Part shown: piece by piece, positions 10,090 to 22,857 of the stretch
Layout of the letters: the number at the start of each line of letters is the position of its first letter
Numbering within the stretch: position 1 is the first letter of the stretch
Assembly: GCF_000196355.1 (NCBI RefSeq)
Contig: NC_007614.1
Location: 3,152,244-3,184,243 of the forward strand
Direction of reading: 5' to 3'
Length of the DNA: 32,000 nucleotides
Origin: Nitrosospira multiformis ATCC 25196
Lineage (GTDB): Bacteria; Pseudomonadota; Gammaproteobacteria; Burkholderiales; Nitrosomonadaceae
Made by a program: the position numbers and the translations under genes
Notes under the pieces: generated by a model
The model's database searches: none
What the model saw: the letters and a program-made list of their open reading frames with translations, nothing else
What the model was told of the DNA's origin: nothing

Positions 10090-11433
10090 TTGGATCTCAT
10101 GCAGGTACAAGATAAGTCCCGATATCTCGCTCCGGGGGTAAGCCGACGTGAAGTCTGGTCATGGGCAATGTTCGACTTCGCGAATTCAGGCTACACCACC
10201 GTTGTGATTACCGCTATTTTTAACGCCTATTTCGTGGCGGTAGTGGCGAATAATGAAGCGTGGGGGACGTTTGCCTGGACAGCTGCGTTGGCAGTGTCTT
10301 ACGCGCTTATTATGGTGACCGCACCGGTGATAGGCGCTTATGCCGATGCATATGCGATGAAAAAGCCTCTGCTGCTGATAAGCACAATCGGTTGCGTGCT
10401 TTTTACCGCATTGCTTTACTTTGTCGGTCCGGGCGATCTGATGCTGGCCGTGGTATTGATCGTGCTAAGTAACTTTTTTTTCAGCAGCGGCACGAATTTG
10501 ATTTCTGCTTTTCTCCCGGAACTCGCCCACGGCGAGGCATTGGGAAAGGTTTCCGGGTGGGGCTGGAGTTTCGGCTATGTTGGCGGACTGATCAGCCTGG
10601 GATTGTCGTTGGCTTACGTGACCTGGGCACAAGGCCAGGGCAGGCCTGCAGAGCAGTTCGTTCCGGGCGCAATGCTTATAACGGCCGGCCTTTTCGCGAT
10701 TTCGAGCATACCGACTTTTCTCTTTCTCAAGGAACGTGCGCTGCCGCAACCGCATCCGGCGGAGCGCCATGTCGCGCGCGAAGCATTTGGCCGCTTGCTT
10801 GTCACGTTCCATCATGTGCGCGATTTTCGCGACCTCGTACGCTTTCTCGCATGTATCGTGTTTTACCAGGCGGGCATTCAGACGGTGATTACTTTAGCCG
10901 CCATCTATGCGCAGCAGGTAATGGGCTTTGATACCGGCGATACCATGTTTCTGGTTCTGGTTGTCAACATTACGGCCTCGATCGGTGCGTTCGCCTTCGG
11001 CCATATCCAGGACAGAATCGGCCATATTCCCACCATCGCGCTGACCCTCGGAGGCTGGATTGTAATGGTGCTGCTGGCATGGATGGCTGTGACGCGTCCC
11101 GTGTTCTGGCTTGCTGCCAATGTCGCCGGCCTCTGCCTGGGAGCGTCCCAATCGGCAGGGCGCGCACTGATAGGTTATTTGAGTCCGGATGCGAGACGCG
11201 CCGAATTTTTCGGACTGTGGGGACTTGCAGTCAATTTATCCTCGATACTCGGTCCGATCACGTATGGGATCGTGAGCTGGATTTCTGGAGGAGACCACCG
11301 GCTGGCCATGTTGATTACCGGCAGCTATTTTATTATTGGCTTGATGATATTGATGAGCATCGATATACAACGGGGACGACAAGCCGCACTGAATATCAGC
11401 CCTCCAGGGGAGAGGCTTACAGGGAATCGCTGA
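10090..11433 (+). CDS. MFS transporter, UMF1 / Atg22-like family
   Basis: WSWAMFDFANSGYTTVVITAIFNAYFVAVVA at the N-terminus, LISAFLPELAHGEALGKVSGWGWSFGYVGGLISL, QSAGRALIGYLSPDARRAEFFGLWGLAVNLSSILGP. Confidence 0.9.
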   Translation: MDLMQVQDKSRYLAPGVSRREVWSWAMFDFANSGYTTVVITAIFNAYFVAVVANNEAWGTFAWTAALAVSYALIMVTAPVIGAYADAYAMKKPLLLISTIGCVLFTALLYFVGPGDLMLAVVLIVLSNFFFSSGTNLISAFLPELAHGEALGKVSGWGWSFGYVGGLISLGLSLAYVTWAQGQGRPAEQFVPGAMLITAGLFAISSIPTFLFLKERALPQPHPAERHVAREAFGRLLVTFHHVRDFRDLVRFLACIVFYQAGIQTVITLAAIYAQQVMGFDTGDTMFLVLVVNITASIGAFAFGHIQDRIGHIPTIALTLGGWIVMVLLAWMAVTRPVFWLAANVAGLCLGASQSAGRALIGYLSPDARRAEFFGLWGLAVNLSSILGPITYGIVSWISGGDHRLAMLITGSYFIIGLMILMSIDIQRGRQAALNISPPGERLTGNR

Positions 11434-11594
11434 TAAGCAATCCCCTGCAGGCTCCACGGCGCCAGGCTTTCCATTTCAGCTGCCCGTTATCTCTTTTTTG
11501 AGTCTGGCGCCATTGCCGCCGGTTTATCTGCGCTTATTCTTTATAAACGCAGATACCCGCCATTCCATCCTTGCGGGCCGCGGCTTGATAATAA

Positions 11595-12155
11595 TCAGTG
11601 ATGCATGTGGTGATTATGATCGCTACCCTGGTTCCCGCCTTGGCCGTGTGCCCCATGCCCACTGTGGCCGCTGTGATTTCCGTGACCGGCGTGATCACCA
11701 TGACCCTCTTCTGATTTTTTATCGCTCTTTTTCTGCGCATCCTTTGCCGCAGCCTTCAACGGAGTGAACCGGGCGGATTGGGCCTCTTGTTCCGGCAATT
11801 TGACAAATACGACGACTACCGTATCCGGGGTCAGGACAAAATCTCCTGTTCCCTTCAGCATGTTATTTCCCGCCGGCTCGAGCTTTATGGAAGTTTTCGG
11901 CTTGGCTTTGCCGACCTGAAATGCCGCCTTGCCCACGCCTCCTTCTGTGTTGATCTGCGCATCCGCATGATCTGTTACATAAACCGTCAATTCTTTATCT
12001 TTGGTTACAAGCTCCAGATGATAGGGCCCCGCCATACGCATCTGCCCGCCGTGGGGCGCGGCATGAGTCTCGAAATATTCGTCGGTATGCGCCGAGGCGG
12101 GCAATGACACGGCCAGAACAGCACTCGTCAAGACCATGACCATCGATTTAATCAT
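11595..12155 (-). CDS. Exported histidine-rich (putative copper-binding) protein
   Basis: MIKSMVMVLTSAVLAVSLPASAHTDEYFETHAAPHGGQMRMAGPYHLELVTKD... with C-terminal EEGHGDHAGHGNHSGHSGHGAHGQGGNQGSDHNHHMHH. ORF track starts at 12206; MIKSM is the likelier start because it gives a proper signal peptide. Confidence 0.8.
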   Translation of the reverse strand: MIKSMVMVLTSAVLAVSLPASAHTDEYFETHAAPHGGQMRMAGPYHLELVTKDKELTVYVTDHADAQINTEGGVGKAAFQVGKAKPKTSIKLEPAGNNMLKGTGDFVLTPDTVVVVFVKLPEQEAQSARFTPLKAAAKDAQKKSDKKSEEGHGDHAGHGNHSGHSGHGAHGQGGNQGSDHNHHMHH

Positions 12156-12522
12156 TTGCTCTACTCCTTGTAGGTACGAATTGAAGAATTGTAACGCCTG
12201 CCCCATCTCGGGAACTGTATTACTGCTTGCTTCTCTTGCCTGGATTGCTCTTACTTCTCTTCCTCGAAGCTTTCTGGAATCCCCCGCCGTATTTTTGCTT
12301 CCGGCTGTATTGCCTGGTTTTCCCTGCGCCCTGACCTGGAGGGCGGTACCTGCCTGTCGAAGGGAGCGGCGCGGGGATGCCCTGTAAAGGAACGCATGCT
12401 GTCAAGGCAGGCAGGTCGGGGCGTCAGCGGGCAGTTGAACCTGCCCGGACTGCTCCAAGGGCGCTCAAGGGGGATGGCGCTTCCTTCGCCCCGATCCTGG
12501 CATCCTTTCCACTACCGCTTGG

Positions 12523-14631
12523 CTAGTGCACATGCTCGCCTGGTGGGGGCAGGATCTCCTCTTCGCGGTTGAGCTGCGCTATCTGCTGCATCAGCATGTC
12601 GGAGGCGGACCAGCCTGCGCCATCGAGTTCGGGTATCCAGCGCGCCCGCAGGTAGCCGAAGCGGTCCACCAGGAACTCCATGTGGTCAGGCAGCGTGCCT
12701 GCGCCCAGGAGGTCCGGATGGGAGAGCGTGCGCCGGAACAGGGCATAGCTGCGCACGATCTCCTCCGCCCCTTCGGTCACGATGGGGAAGTGAACGCCCG
12801 CCTTGAGCTGGCCCAGCGCGGCAGCACTCAGGTCATGCTCGGGCACTGCCAGAAGCACCGTGTTGCCGGCCTGCAGCTTTGCATGGAGCGCTTCCAGTTG
12901 CGCCAGGCGCTCGCGGGATTGCGGCCAGGAGAATAATACCAGCAGCACGTTCTTCTGGTTGCGGAAGTCCTTCAGGGTGCCGCTTGAGCCATCCTGCGCC
13001 ACATACGAGAAATTGGGCGGGCCCATGTTGGGCTGCGGCTGCTCGGGCTTGACAGCGGGACTCATCAGGCGCGCCTGGTAGCCGCGCGACATGGCGTGCA
13101 GGAAGTTCACCACGTCCCAGCGGTCTTCCTCATCGAGCTTGTCGCCAAAGGAGGGCATGCCGGTATCGGGGATGCCGAAGGAGAGCCAGTGGAAGAAGTC
13201 GCCTGCGGTATGGCGGGCCGTGTGCGGTTCGGTCAAGAGGTCCACCGGCGGCTTGGCAAAGCTCTTGGCCATCACGCCGTCGCCCTTGCCCTGCAGCCCG
13301 TGACAGGCCACGCAGTTCTCGGCAAAGTGGACGGCGCCATTGGAAATGGAGATGGTGTCAAACGGCACCGGCGTCTTGCGGTAGGTCTCGGGATAGGCAT
13401 CCACCGTCAAGGGCGGCAGGCCCACGCCCAATCCGATGACCGCCAGGAGGACAGGCAACCCGAAGCGCAGCTTTTTGTCCCAGTGCTTCCTGCGCCCATA
13501 GAAGACTGCGGCTGCGGCCAGAACGAGCAGGGCGATGCCGCCGTAGACGCGCGGCATGATGACAGGCTCCCCCCAGGTGGCCGCAAGGGAGAAACGGAAG
13601 GAATAGGGCCAGTCCTGGATCAGGGCGTGCTTGGCAGGAACCGTGTTGGCCACGATGGTGGCAAGCAGCACTATCCCTAAGGCCAGCCCGAATTCCAGGC
13701 TCACCCATTTCCTGAGTTTGCGCCCGCCGTTATCCGCTCCTTTTGCGCCTGCGTCCTCGTAGAACAGCGGCAGCCAGCTCGAGCGCGCGCGCGAGGCGAT
13801 GATGAGCACCATCATGAGCAGGGCGATCTTGCCATTGAGCAGCCAGCCATATTTGGTGGCAACCAGGCCGCTGTAGTTGGTATCGACCATGCGGTAGGTG
13901 ATGAGGATGCCGGTTGCAATCACCGCCAGCATGACGGGCAGCGCCAGGGTGGAGAAGCGCCGCAGGGCCTGGGCATCATGCCGGAAAGCTTCCTCGCGCG
14001 ACTGGAATACGGCGTGGATGCGCTGGAGCGCCTGCGTCTGCAGGGCAGGCTGCGTTCCGGCGCTTCCGGCTTGCGCCTGCTTCAATTCGCTCTGGGGCTT
14101 GCAGGCAAAGCAGACCACCAGGAAAGCCGGCAGGGCGCCAAACCAGACGCTGCCCAGGATGATGTGCAGGGCGTAGGGCAGAAGCGAGACGACCGAGAGG
14201 TCCTCGGCTGCGGCGTGGCTGGCAAGCGAGCCGACCCCTAGGGTCAAGGCCGCCACACTTGCGCACAGGATGTATTGCCAGCGTGCGGGCGGGGAGAAGC
14301 GGATGTAGAGGGCAATGGCAAAGACGACGAGCGCGCAGGCGGCGCGCGCGAGCCAGATATGCCCCATGCGCGTATTCTCCATGAGGGAGAGCCAGGCGGC
14401 CGGATGCCAGGCGTTCTCGTCAATCCCGGTGGCTTGCGCCGTGGTGGTCGCCAGGATGCCGAACAGGCCGGTGAGCAGGATGAGGGCAAGCCACGGCAGC
14501 GCACGCTCCACCCGCGTGACCCAGGGCGAGTGGACGGAGCCGGCAATGGCCAGAAACACGCAGCCCCCCACCAGGATCATGTTGGACGCCAGCTGCGCCC
14601 AGCGCAGGAGCGTCGCGATGACCTCGATCAT
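12523..14631 (-). CDS. copD: CopD-family copper resistance membrane protein fused to a cytochrome c domain and a C-terminal redoxin-like domain
   Basis: N-terminal multi-TM CopD-like region (WHPAAWLSLMENTRMGHIWLARAA..., HIILGSVWFGALPAFLVV), then CVACHGLQGKGDGVMAKSF...GMPSFGDKLDEEDRWDVVNFLHAMSRGY (class I cytochrome c), then NFSYVAQDGSSGTLKDFRNQKNVLLVLFSWPQS... (thioredoxin fold-like). Confidence 0.85.
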   Translation of the reverse strand: MIEVIATLLRWAQLASNMILVGGCVFLAIAGSVHSPWVTRVERALPWLALILLTGLFGILATTTAQATGIDENAWHPAAWLSLMENTRMGHIWLARAACALVVFAIALYIRFSPPARWQYILCASVAALTLGVGSLASHAAAEDLSVVSLLPYALHIILGSVWFGALPAFLVVCFACKPQSELKQAQAGSAGTQPALQTQALQRIHAVFQSREEAFRHDAQALRRFSTLALPVMLAVIATGILITYRMVDTNYSGLVATKYGWLLNGKIALLMMVLIIASRARSSWLPLFYEDAGAKGADNGGRKLRKWVSLEFGLALGIVLLATIVANTVPAKHALIQDWPYSFRFSLAATWGEPVIMPRVYGGIALLVLAAAAVFYGRRKHWDKKLRFGLPVLLAVIGLGVGLPPLTVDAYPETYRKTPVPFDTISISNGAVHFAENCVACHGLQGKGDGVMAKSFAKPPVDLLTEPHTARHTAGDFFHWLSFGIPDTGMPSFGDKLDEEDRWDVVNFLHAMSRGYQARLMSPAVKPEQPQPNMGPPNFSYVAQDGSSGTLKDFRNQKNVLLVLFSWPQSRERLAQLEALHAKLQAGNTVLLAVPEHDLSAAALGQLKAGVHFPIVTEGAEEIVRSYALFRRTLSHPDLLGAGTLPDHMEFLVDRFGYLRARWIPELDGAGWSASDMLMQQIAQLNREEEILPPPGEHVH

Positions 14632-15053
14632 TTCGCGGCGGCTTTGTTCTTTATCGTGAAGTCGTGGGACGAGTCAACCACATGCCCGTCCACCGACAGC
14701 ACCCGGAACTTGACCGTGTACTTGCCCGGGCTCAATTCCGGCAGGGGCAGAACGATGGCTTTGGGGTCGTTGGCATCGATATGCGGTTTGGTTTCGGTGA
14801 CAGGGGTCTTGGAGGCGTCGAGTACGGAGAGTGCGGCATAGTCCTTTTCGACTTCTTCGTTGAAGAACAGCCGCACCTGGGTGGGGGCCTGGGTCAGTTG
14901 CGCGCGGCGCGCAGGTTCTGCCTTGACCAGCATGGCGTGCGCCAGCGCCGGGCTGCTGTGCAGCCCCGCTACCAGCAGCAGGAACGACAAAAGGCTGCCT
15001 GCCAGTAAGTGAACACTTGCTCTCCTGTCGGCAGATATCATCGATGGTTGCAT
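14628..15053 (-). CDS. copC: Copper resistance protein CopC
   Basis: Signal peptide followed by HAMLVKAEPARRAQLTQAPTQVRLFFNEEVEK...LSPGKYTVKFRVLSVDGHVVDSSHDFTI. Overlaps the copD start. ORF track starts at 15107; MQPSMI is the likelier start. Confidence 0.92.
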   Translation of the reverse strand: MQPSMISADRRASVHLLAGSLLSFLLLVAGLHSSPALAHAMLVKAEPARRAQLTQAPTQVRLFFNEEVEKDYAALSVLDASKTPVTETKPHIDANDPKAIVLPLPELSPGKYTVKFRVLSVDGHVVDSSHDFTIKNKAAAK

Positions 15054-15334
15054 TTTTGCTCCTCTTATATGGGCTCTGCACCCGAAGATCGGGCTTCGGG
15101 CAGCCACTGTGGTCCTTGTCTTTTTTATTTGTCCCCGGTTGTTCTTGTTCGATCTGCACCCGGTTGACTTTTTTGTTCCTGCCTTATTGCATCTTGGACT
15201 CTTTCCCGCGCTTATGGTTCAGAGGGGGAGCCAGGCCGCGGCCCATGCCCGGGGTGCCCCCTGCACAAAGGGACTGCGGCGAGCCCAAGCTCAAGTCAAC
15301 CTGAAGTCAGCGCTTACTCTCTTCCTTCCCTTTG

Positions 15335-15925
15335 CTAGGCGCTTGCACCGGCGGATTTGCGTCCGCGCAGGAAGAAGACGGCCGCTCCTATGATCACCGC
15401 CGCAATGGCGATGATGAGGTAGGGCGACATGCCCTTGGGTTCACCCACGGAGAAGGGGAAGCGCGAGACCAGCGGTTCCTTGTCGGTGACGGTCACGAGC
15501 CCCACGAACTTGCCAGGCTGGGTGAAGTTGTATTCAAAATTGATGGAGCCATTGGGATAGACCTTGGGCGGTATGTGCAGGATGGTGATTTCATCGAGCT
15601 TCTGCTGTTCGTCGGGAGCGGGCTGTCCGCCTGAACCGGTGTCGCGGATGATGCGCACTTCGGTGGGCAGGGGGCGCAGCGCTTCTTCAATGTAGTCCAG
15701 GGCAACTACGGTGCGGCCGGTATTGGGAATGTCTTCGCAGAATTCCTTCTCCTGCGTGGCATCCGGCTGGTAGCCGGTAAAGTGCATGGTGTAGGGGCCG
15801 ATGGTGAGCTTGCATATATCATCGGCAAGCGACAGGCCGCCGTGCGCTTCCACCTGGGAGGAGAAGGGCAGGGCCAGGGCAAATACCAGTCCGATCAAGG
15901 CAGGTTTGAGTGAGGATGAGAACAT
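15335..15925 (-). CDS. amoD: AmoD (orf5), periplasmic/membrane protein of the amo cluster
   Basis: MFSSSLKPALIGLVFALALPFSSQVEAHGGLSLADDICKLTIGPYTMHFTGYQPDATQEKEFCEDIP...KGMSPYLIIAIAAVIIGAAVFFLRGRK. Paralogous in layout to the upstream orf4. ORF track start 15991. Confidence 0.85.
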   Translation of the reverse strand: MFSSSLKPALIGLVFALALPFSSQVEAHGGLSLADDICKLTIGPYTMHFTGYQPDATQEKEFCEDIPNTGRTVVALDYIEEALRPLPTEVRIIRDTGSGGQPAPDEQQKLDEITILHIPPKVYPNGSINFEYNFTQPGKFVGLVTVTDKEPLVSRFPFSVGEPKGMSPYLIIAIAAVIIGAAVFFLRGRKSAGASA

Positions 15926-16074
15926 TATCAATTCGCCTATATAAGTATGGTGAGTCAGTGAATCAGTGATCCTGCAGGGTCGCGGTTGCATTTATCCGCC
16001 GCTGTTTTGCCAGGCTTGTGTCCGGCGCTCCTCTGCAACGGCAGGAGCCGGTTTATCCGGTGACCTTTCCTGCA

Positions 16075-16665
16075 TTACGGGTTGCGCGAGGAGCGCCAGC
16101 GTTGCACGCGCGGGGATTTCACGAGCTTGTATCCCAGCACGGCAAGCAGCAGCAGGGCGATCAGGGGGCCTACCGCGGCGCGGAATATTTCGGAATAGTT
16201 GATCATCTGTACCCGCAGGGGATACTGGTAGCGCAGGGGCGGCACGCCTTCTGCGGTGATGAATACGGTGTAGAGTCCCTGCTCGAGGGTGGTCTGGCCC
16301 TGGATGACACCATCCGGATGGTGCACAGGACGCAGTTGCGTGACCATCTCGTCCTCTTCGCTCGTGCCCCGTACCACCTTCATGCCAATGGGCATGTCGC
16401 GCATGGCAGGGTCGATGAGGTCGATCACGAGGAAGGTATCGCCTCCCTTGGGAATCTCGGTGCAGTATTGGGCAGTAGGTTCGAATTGCGGCTGGTAGGC
16501 GCTCAGATGCACCATGTTCTCGCCGATACGGCGCACGCAGCTGTCTTCTTCCAGCGATTCCTTGCCGTGCGCGCTAACAAACCCGCTGTAGAGGGTGGTA
16601 ATCAGCAGCAGCGCCAGGGCACCTGCCCGGCTGCCTTGTCTGCTCGAAGTGCCTTTCGCTTGCAT
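16075..16665 (-). CDS. amoE: AmoE (orf4), amo cluster accessory membrane protein
   Basis: MQAKGTSSRQGSRAGALALLLITTLYSGFVSAHGKESLEEDSCVRRIGENMVHLSAYQPQFEPTAQYCTEIPKGGDTFLVIDLIDPAMRDM...; directly downstream of amoB. ORF track start 16698 would overlap the terminator. Confidence 0.85.
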   Translation of the reverse strand: MQAKGTSSRQGSRAGALALLLITTLYSGFVSAHGKESLEEDSCVRRIGENMVHLSAYQPQFEPTAQYCTEIPKGGDTFLVIDLIDPAMRDMPIGMKVVRGTSEEDEMVTQLRPVHHPDGVIQGQTTLEQGLYTVFITAEGVPPLRYQYPLRVQMINYSEIFRAAVGPLIALLLLAVLGYKLVKSPRVQRWRSSRNP

Positions 16666-16681
16666 TTCTCTAGATTCGTTA

Positions 16682-16732
16682 AAAAAACACCGATCCACCT
16701 TGCCGTCTGTAACGGTGGCGGACCGGTGTTTG
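16682..16732 (-). terminator. Rho-independent terminator-like hairpin between amoB and amoE
   Basis: On the minus strand AAACACCG (revcomp of 16725-16732) pairs with CGGTGTTT (revcomp of 16686-16693), extended by an imperfect GC-rich inner stem and followed by a run of T (revcomp of 16682-16688 AAAAAAA). Confidence 0.75.
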
Positions 16733-16846
16733 CATGCTGCCTGTTCCAGTCTTGGCCCGGTTTCTGCCCTGGTCGGGCAGGAGCCGGGCGGCTTTTTAGG
16801 ATTGACCCGGGATTAGTCCTGTAGGGCTTGCCCCCGGGGTTTGTCC

Positions 16847-18934
<2,088 letters not shown>

Positions 18935-19239
18935 TTACGCGACTAAAACATATCAATCGTTGCCGTGCTGCTCTACTGCTTGCCATCCTCGCAGTCCCTG
19001 ATGACGTTGCCGCGAATTCCCGGGAACCTCGTGATTCAACAAGGGTCTACATGACTGTATAAATCCCTTGTCGCTTCCTTGTTGCTCCCGGATCCGGCGA
19101 CTCCCTTCCCCTTTTGCTCCAGGTGCCGCCGCTTCGCATTGCTTGAGTCTGCCCGGCTGTGTTACCGCTGGCCGCATCGCTCTCCTGTTCGGAGGCGATG
19201 CGGCTATTGCTGCTTATGCGTGTGTCAGCGAGTCAGTCC

Positions 19240-20136
<897 letters not shown>

Positions 20137-20351
20137 TCAACTCCGGCAGAAGCGCTTGCCCTTCATGCTTCCAACTTCCAACATCCGCTTGCTGCCGCTT
20201 CTCTACTGCACAAAACCCGGCGCGCAAGAACAAATTGTCGCTTACTTCCCAATACCGGCAGCACCAAACAGCCGCACCAGAACACCCAAATCCTTCCCTG
20301 GTACCACCTTTATTGCCGCTACCAGTACTTTACATACCCATAAGCCCGTAA

Positions 20352-20381
20352 AGACTACTCCCCGCCATACCCCTAAGTCAA
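20352..20381 (-). promoter_or_regulatory. Candidate sigma70-like promoter upstream of amoC
   Basis: Minus strand TTGACT (20381-20376), 18-bp spacer, TAGTCT (20357-20352). The -10 match is weak. Confidence 0.3.
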
Positions 20382-20452
20382 GCAGTTTGTCAGCGAGGTA
20401 GAAGTGAGCACTTACTTTGAAAGAGACTCCGGATTACTCTGGAATCGTCGGA

Positions 20453-21310
20453 TTACCACCGTGACAATATCCCATCCAGTTGTTCCAGGGTTTCGTAATG
20501 AATCAGTATGGTTCCTTTACCCTTTTTCCCGGGGGTTATTACGACCTGCGCTCCGATTTTTGCCGAGAAATTCTCCTGTAACCGGAGTAAATCGCGGTCG
20601 CGCTGGGGATGATGTTTTACCACTGGATGTTCGATCTGATATACCAGCTTTTCTGTTTCACGTACTGAAAGTCCTTTATGCACTACAAGATTTGCCGTCT
20701 CTATCTGCTTGGCTGCAGCGAGTGACAGCAATGCGCGAGCGTGCCCCATGTCGATCTTTCCCTGCATCAGCAGTTCCTGGACAGGCGCAGCCAGATTAAG
20801 CAATCTCAGGAGATTGGAAACCGCACTGCGCGAACTTCCCAAAGCTTCGCTGGCAGCCTGGTGCGTCATGCCGAAGTCCCTGATGAGCCTCTGGATTCCC
20901 AAGGCTTCTTCCAGTGGGTTTAGATTTTCGCGTTGAATATTCTCGATCAGCGACATTGCCAGCGCAGCCTCATCCGGAACCTCGCGGATCAGAGCGGGCA
21001 CCTCGCCCAATCCCGCCAGTTGCGCTGCACGCCAGCGGCGCTCGCCGGCGATGATTTCGTACTTTCCACCCCCGACTGGTCGCACGAGTACTGGCTGCAT
21101 CACCCCCTGGGCTTTGATGGAGTCCGCCAGTTCTCCCAACGATTCCTTATCCATGCGCGTACGCGGCTGGTATTTTCCCGGCTGCAGCAGCGAGACCTTG
21201 ATGCTCTGAAGCGTCTCCTCCGAGACAGCGTTACCGCCGCTGCCCGCCAGCAACGCATCCAGCCCTCTCCCCAATCCTCTTATTTTCATTTTCCTTTCGT
21301 CCGGCTTCAT
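20453..21310 (-). CDS. parB: Chromosome partitioning protein ParB
   Basis: [12 protein letters not shown]..., [39 protein letters not shown] region [27 protein letters not shown] second possible start is at 21289 (MKIRGLGRG), with better RBS spacing. Confidence 0.96.
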   Translation of the reverse strand: MKPDERKMKIRGLGRGLDALLAGSGGNAVSEETLQSIKVSLLQPGKYQPRTRMDKESLGELADSIKAQGVMQPVLVRPVGGGKYEIIAGERRWRAAQLAGLGEVPALIREVPDEAALAMSLIENIQRENLNPLEEALGIQRLIRDFGMTHQAASEALGSSRSAVSNLLRLLNLAAPVQELLMQGKIDMGHARALLSLAAAKQIETANLVVHKGLSVRETEKLVYQIEHPVVKHHPQRDRDLLRLQENFSAKIGAQVVITPGKKGKGTILIHYETLEQLDGILSRW

Positions 21311-21315
21311 ATCTT

Positions 21316-22128
21316 CTAGGCTTCAAGTGTCTGTTGATACTGCTGGTCCGGCATGGCGCTCTCCGGAAAGTATCGGGTCACTATTTCACGCGCCAGTGCC
21401 AGGTAAGCCTGCGTACCCTTGGATAATCTGTCATGGTACAACGCCGGAATACCAAAGCTGGGCGCCTCGGCTAATCGCACGTTACGGGGAATTACCGTAC
21501 GGTAGACCCGGTCTCCGAAGTACTGTTGCAACTGATCGGAAACCTGCTGTGCGAGAATATTGCGTGGATCGAACATGGTGCGCAACAATCCCTCGATCTC
21601 AAGTTTGGAATTAAAGTGAGCACGCACTTTCTTAATGGTGTTGACCAGGTCGCTCAATCCTTCGAGAGCATAGTATTCGCACTGCATCGGGATCACCACG
21701 GCTTCGGCCGCGCACAAACCATTCAACGTGAGCAAATTAAGGGCAGGTGGACAATCGATAAGAATAAAATCATATTCCCGCTCGACTTCCCGCAAGGCTT
21801 CCCGCAGGCGTGTTTCCCGCCCCGGTAAATCAATCAACTCTATTTCTGCCCCGGCAAGCTCGCGATTGGCGGGGAGCAGATCATATTTTCCGCTGGGGGA
21901 GGAGACTCTCACGTCCACCACGCTCGCGCTTCCCAGCAGAACCTGATAAACGGTGTGCTCCAACTGGCCCTTGTCTACCCCGCTGCCCATCGTGGCGTTA
22001 CCCTGCGGATCAAGGTCTATCAACAGCACGCGCCGCTTCACAGCTTCAAGGCTTGCCGCCAAATTGACGCTGGTAGTCGTTTTCCCTACCCCACCTTTTT
22101 GATTGGTTACTGCCAGAATTTTCGCCAT
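21316..22128 (-). CDS. parA: Chromosome partitioning ATPase ParA
   Basis: MAKILAVTNQKGGVGKTTTSVNLAASL (deviant Walker A), LLIDLDPQGNATMG, DFILIDCPPALNLLTLNGL. Confidence 0.97.
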   Translation of the reverse strand: MAKILAVTNQKGGVGKTTTSVNLAASLEAVKRRVLLIDLDPQGNATMGSGVDKGQLEHTVYQVLLGSASVVDVRVSSPSGKYDLLPANRELAGAEIELIDLPGRETRLREALREVEREYDFILIDCPPALNLLTLNGLCAAEAVVIPMQCEYYALEGLSDLVNTIKKVRAHFNSKLEIEGLLRTMFDPRNILAQQVSDQLQQYFGDRVYRTVIPRNVRLAEAPSFGIPALYHDRLSKGTQAYLALAREIVTRYFPESAMPDQQYQQTLEA

Positions 22129-22206
22129 TGCCACTCCTAGAACCGAGATACCGGAAGCCGATCAATAAGAGGTGAAAAACTTGGCGAAAAGCCAAGGAAT
22201 CTTACT

Positions 22207-22857
22207 TTACTGTCCGGCACGCTTGAGCACAACCAGATGACGCTTCGCCCTCAGGCCGGGAATCGTTAGCGACAATATGTTGTCGACAATGAATGTCTCG
22301 GGTAACTGCGCAAGTTCTTCGTGAGGATATACGCCTTTCATTGCCACCAACCGCCCACAGTCAGTCCCTTGCTCCTCCCCCCGTGCACACAAATGTCCCG
22401 CGAGCTTGACGAAATCCGCCAGATCGGAAAAAGCGCGCGAAATAACGGTATTGAAGCCGGCGTTCGAGCGGACGCCTTCCATGCGCTCCCCGATGACTTC
22501 CACATTTTCAAGCCCCAATTCAATCCGCGCCTGCTGCAGGAACGCGGCTTTTTTATGATTGCTTTCCACTAGCACCACACGCCACTCCGGGCGGGCCAAC
22601 GCCACTGGGATTCCAGGAAGACCGGCGCCGCTGCCCACATCCGCAATGCGGGAGCCGCCAATGTGCGGCAGAACAGCCAGACTGTCCAGCACATGCAATG
22701 CGAGCATCGCTTCCGGTTCGCGCACTGCCGTCAGATTGTGCACCCGGTTCCATTTCTGGATGAGCGCCAGATATTGCAGGAGGCGTGCCTGATTTGATTC
22801 GGTAATAGATAGTCCCAGTGTTGCGATTCCGTCAGCCAGTTGTGTAGCCGGATTCAT
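22207..22857 (-). CDS. rsmG: 16S rRNA (guanine527-N7)-methyltransferase
   Basis: [42 protein letters not shown]...[23 protein letters not shown]. Confidence 0.95.
   Translation of the reverse strand: MNPATQLADGIATLGLSITESNQARLLQYLALIQKWNRVHNLTAVREPEAMLALHVLDSLAVLPHIGGSRIADVGSGAGLPGIPVALARPEWRVVLVESNHKKAAFLQQARIELGLENVEVIGERMEGVRSNAGFNTVISRAFSDLADFVKLAGHLCARGEEQGTDCGRLVAMKGVYPHEELAQLPETFIVDNILSLTIPGLRAKRHLVVLKRAGQ

Noticed and set aside
14275-14841. 188-aa plus-strand ORF
   Set aside because: Antisense shadow of the CopD fusion and copC.
16018-16824. 268-aa plus-strand ORF
   Set aside because: Antisense to amoE (orf4) and runs through the terminator hairpin.
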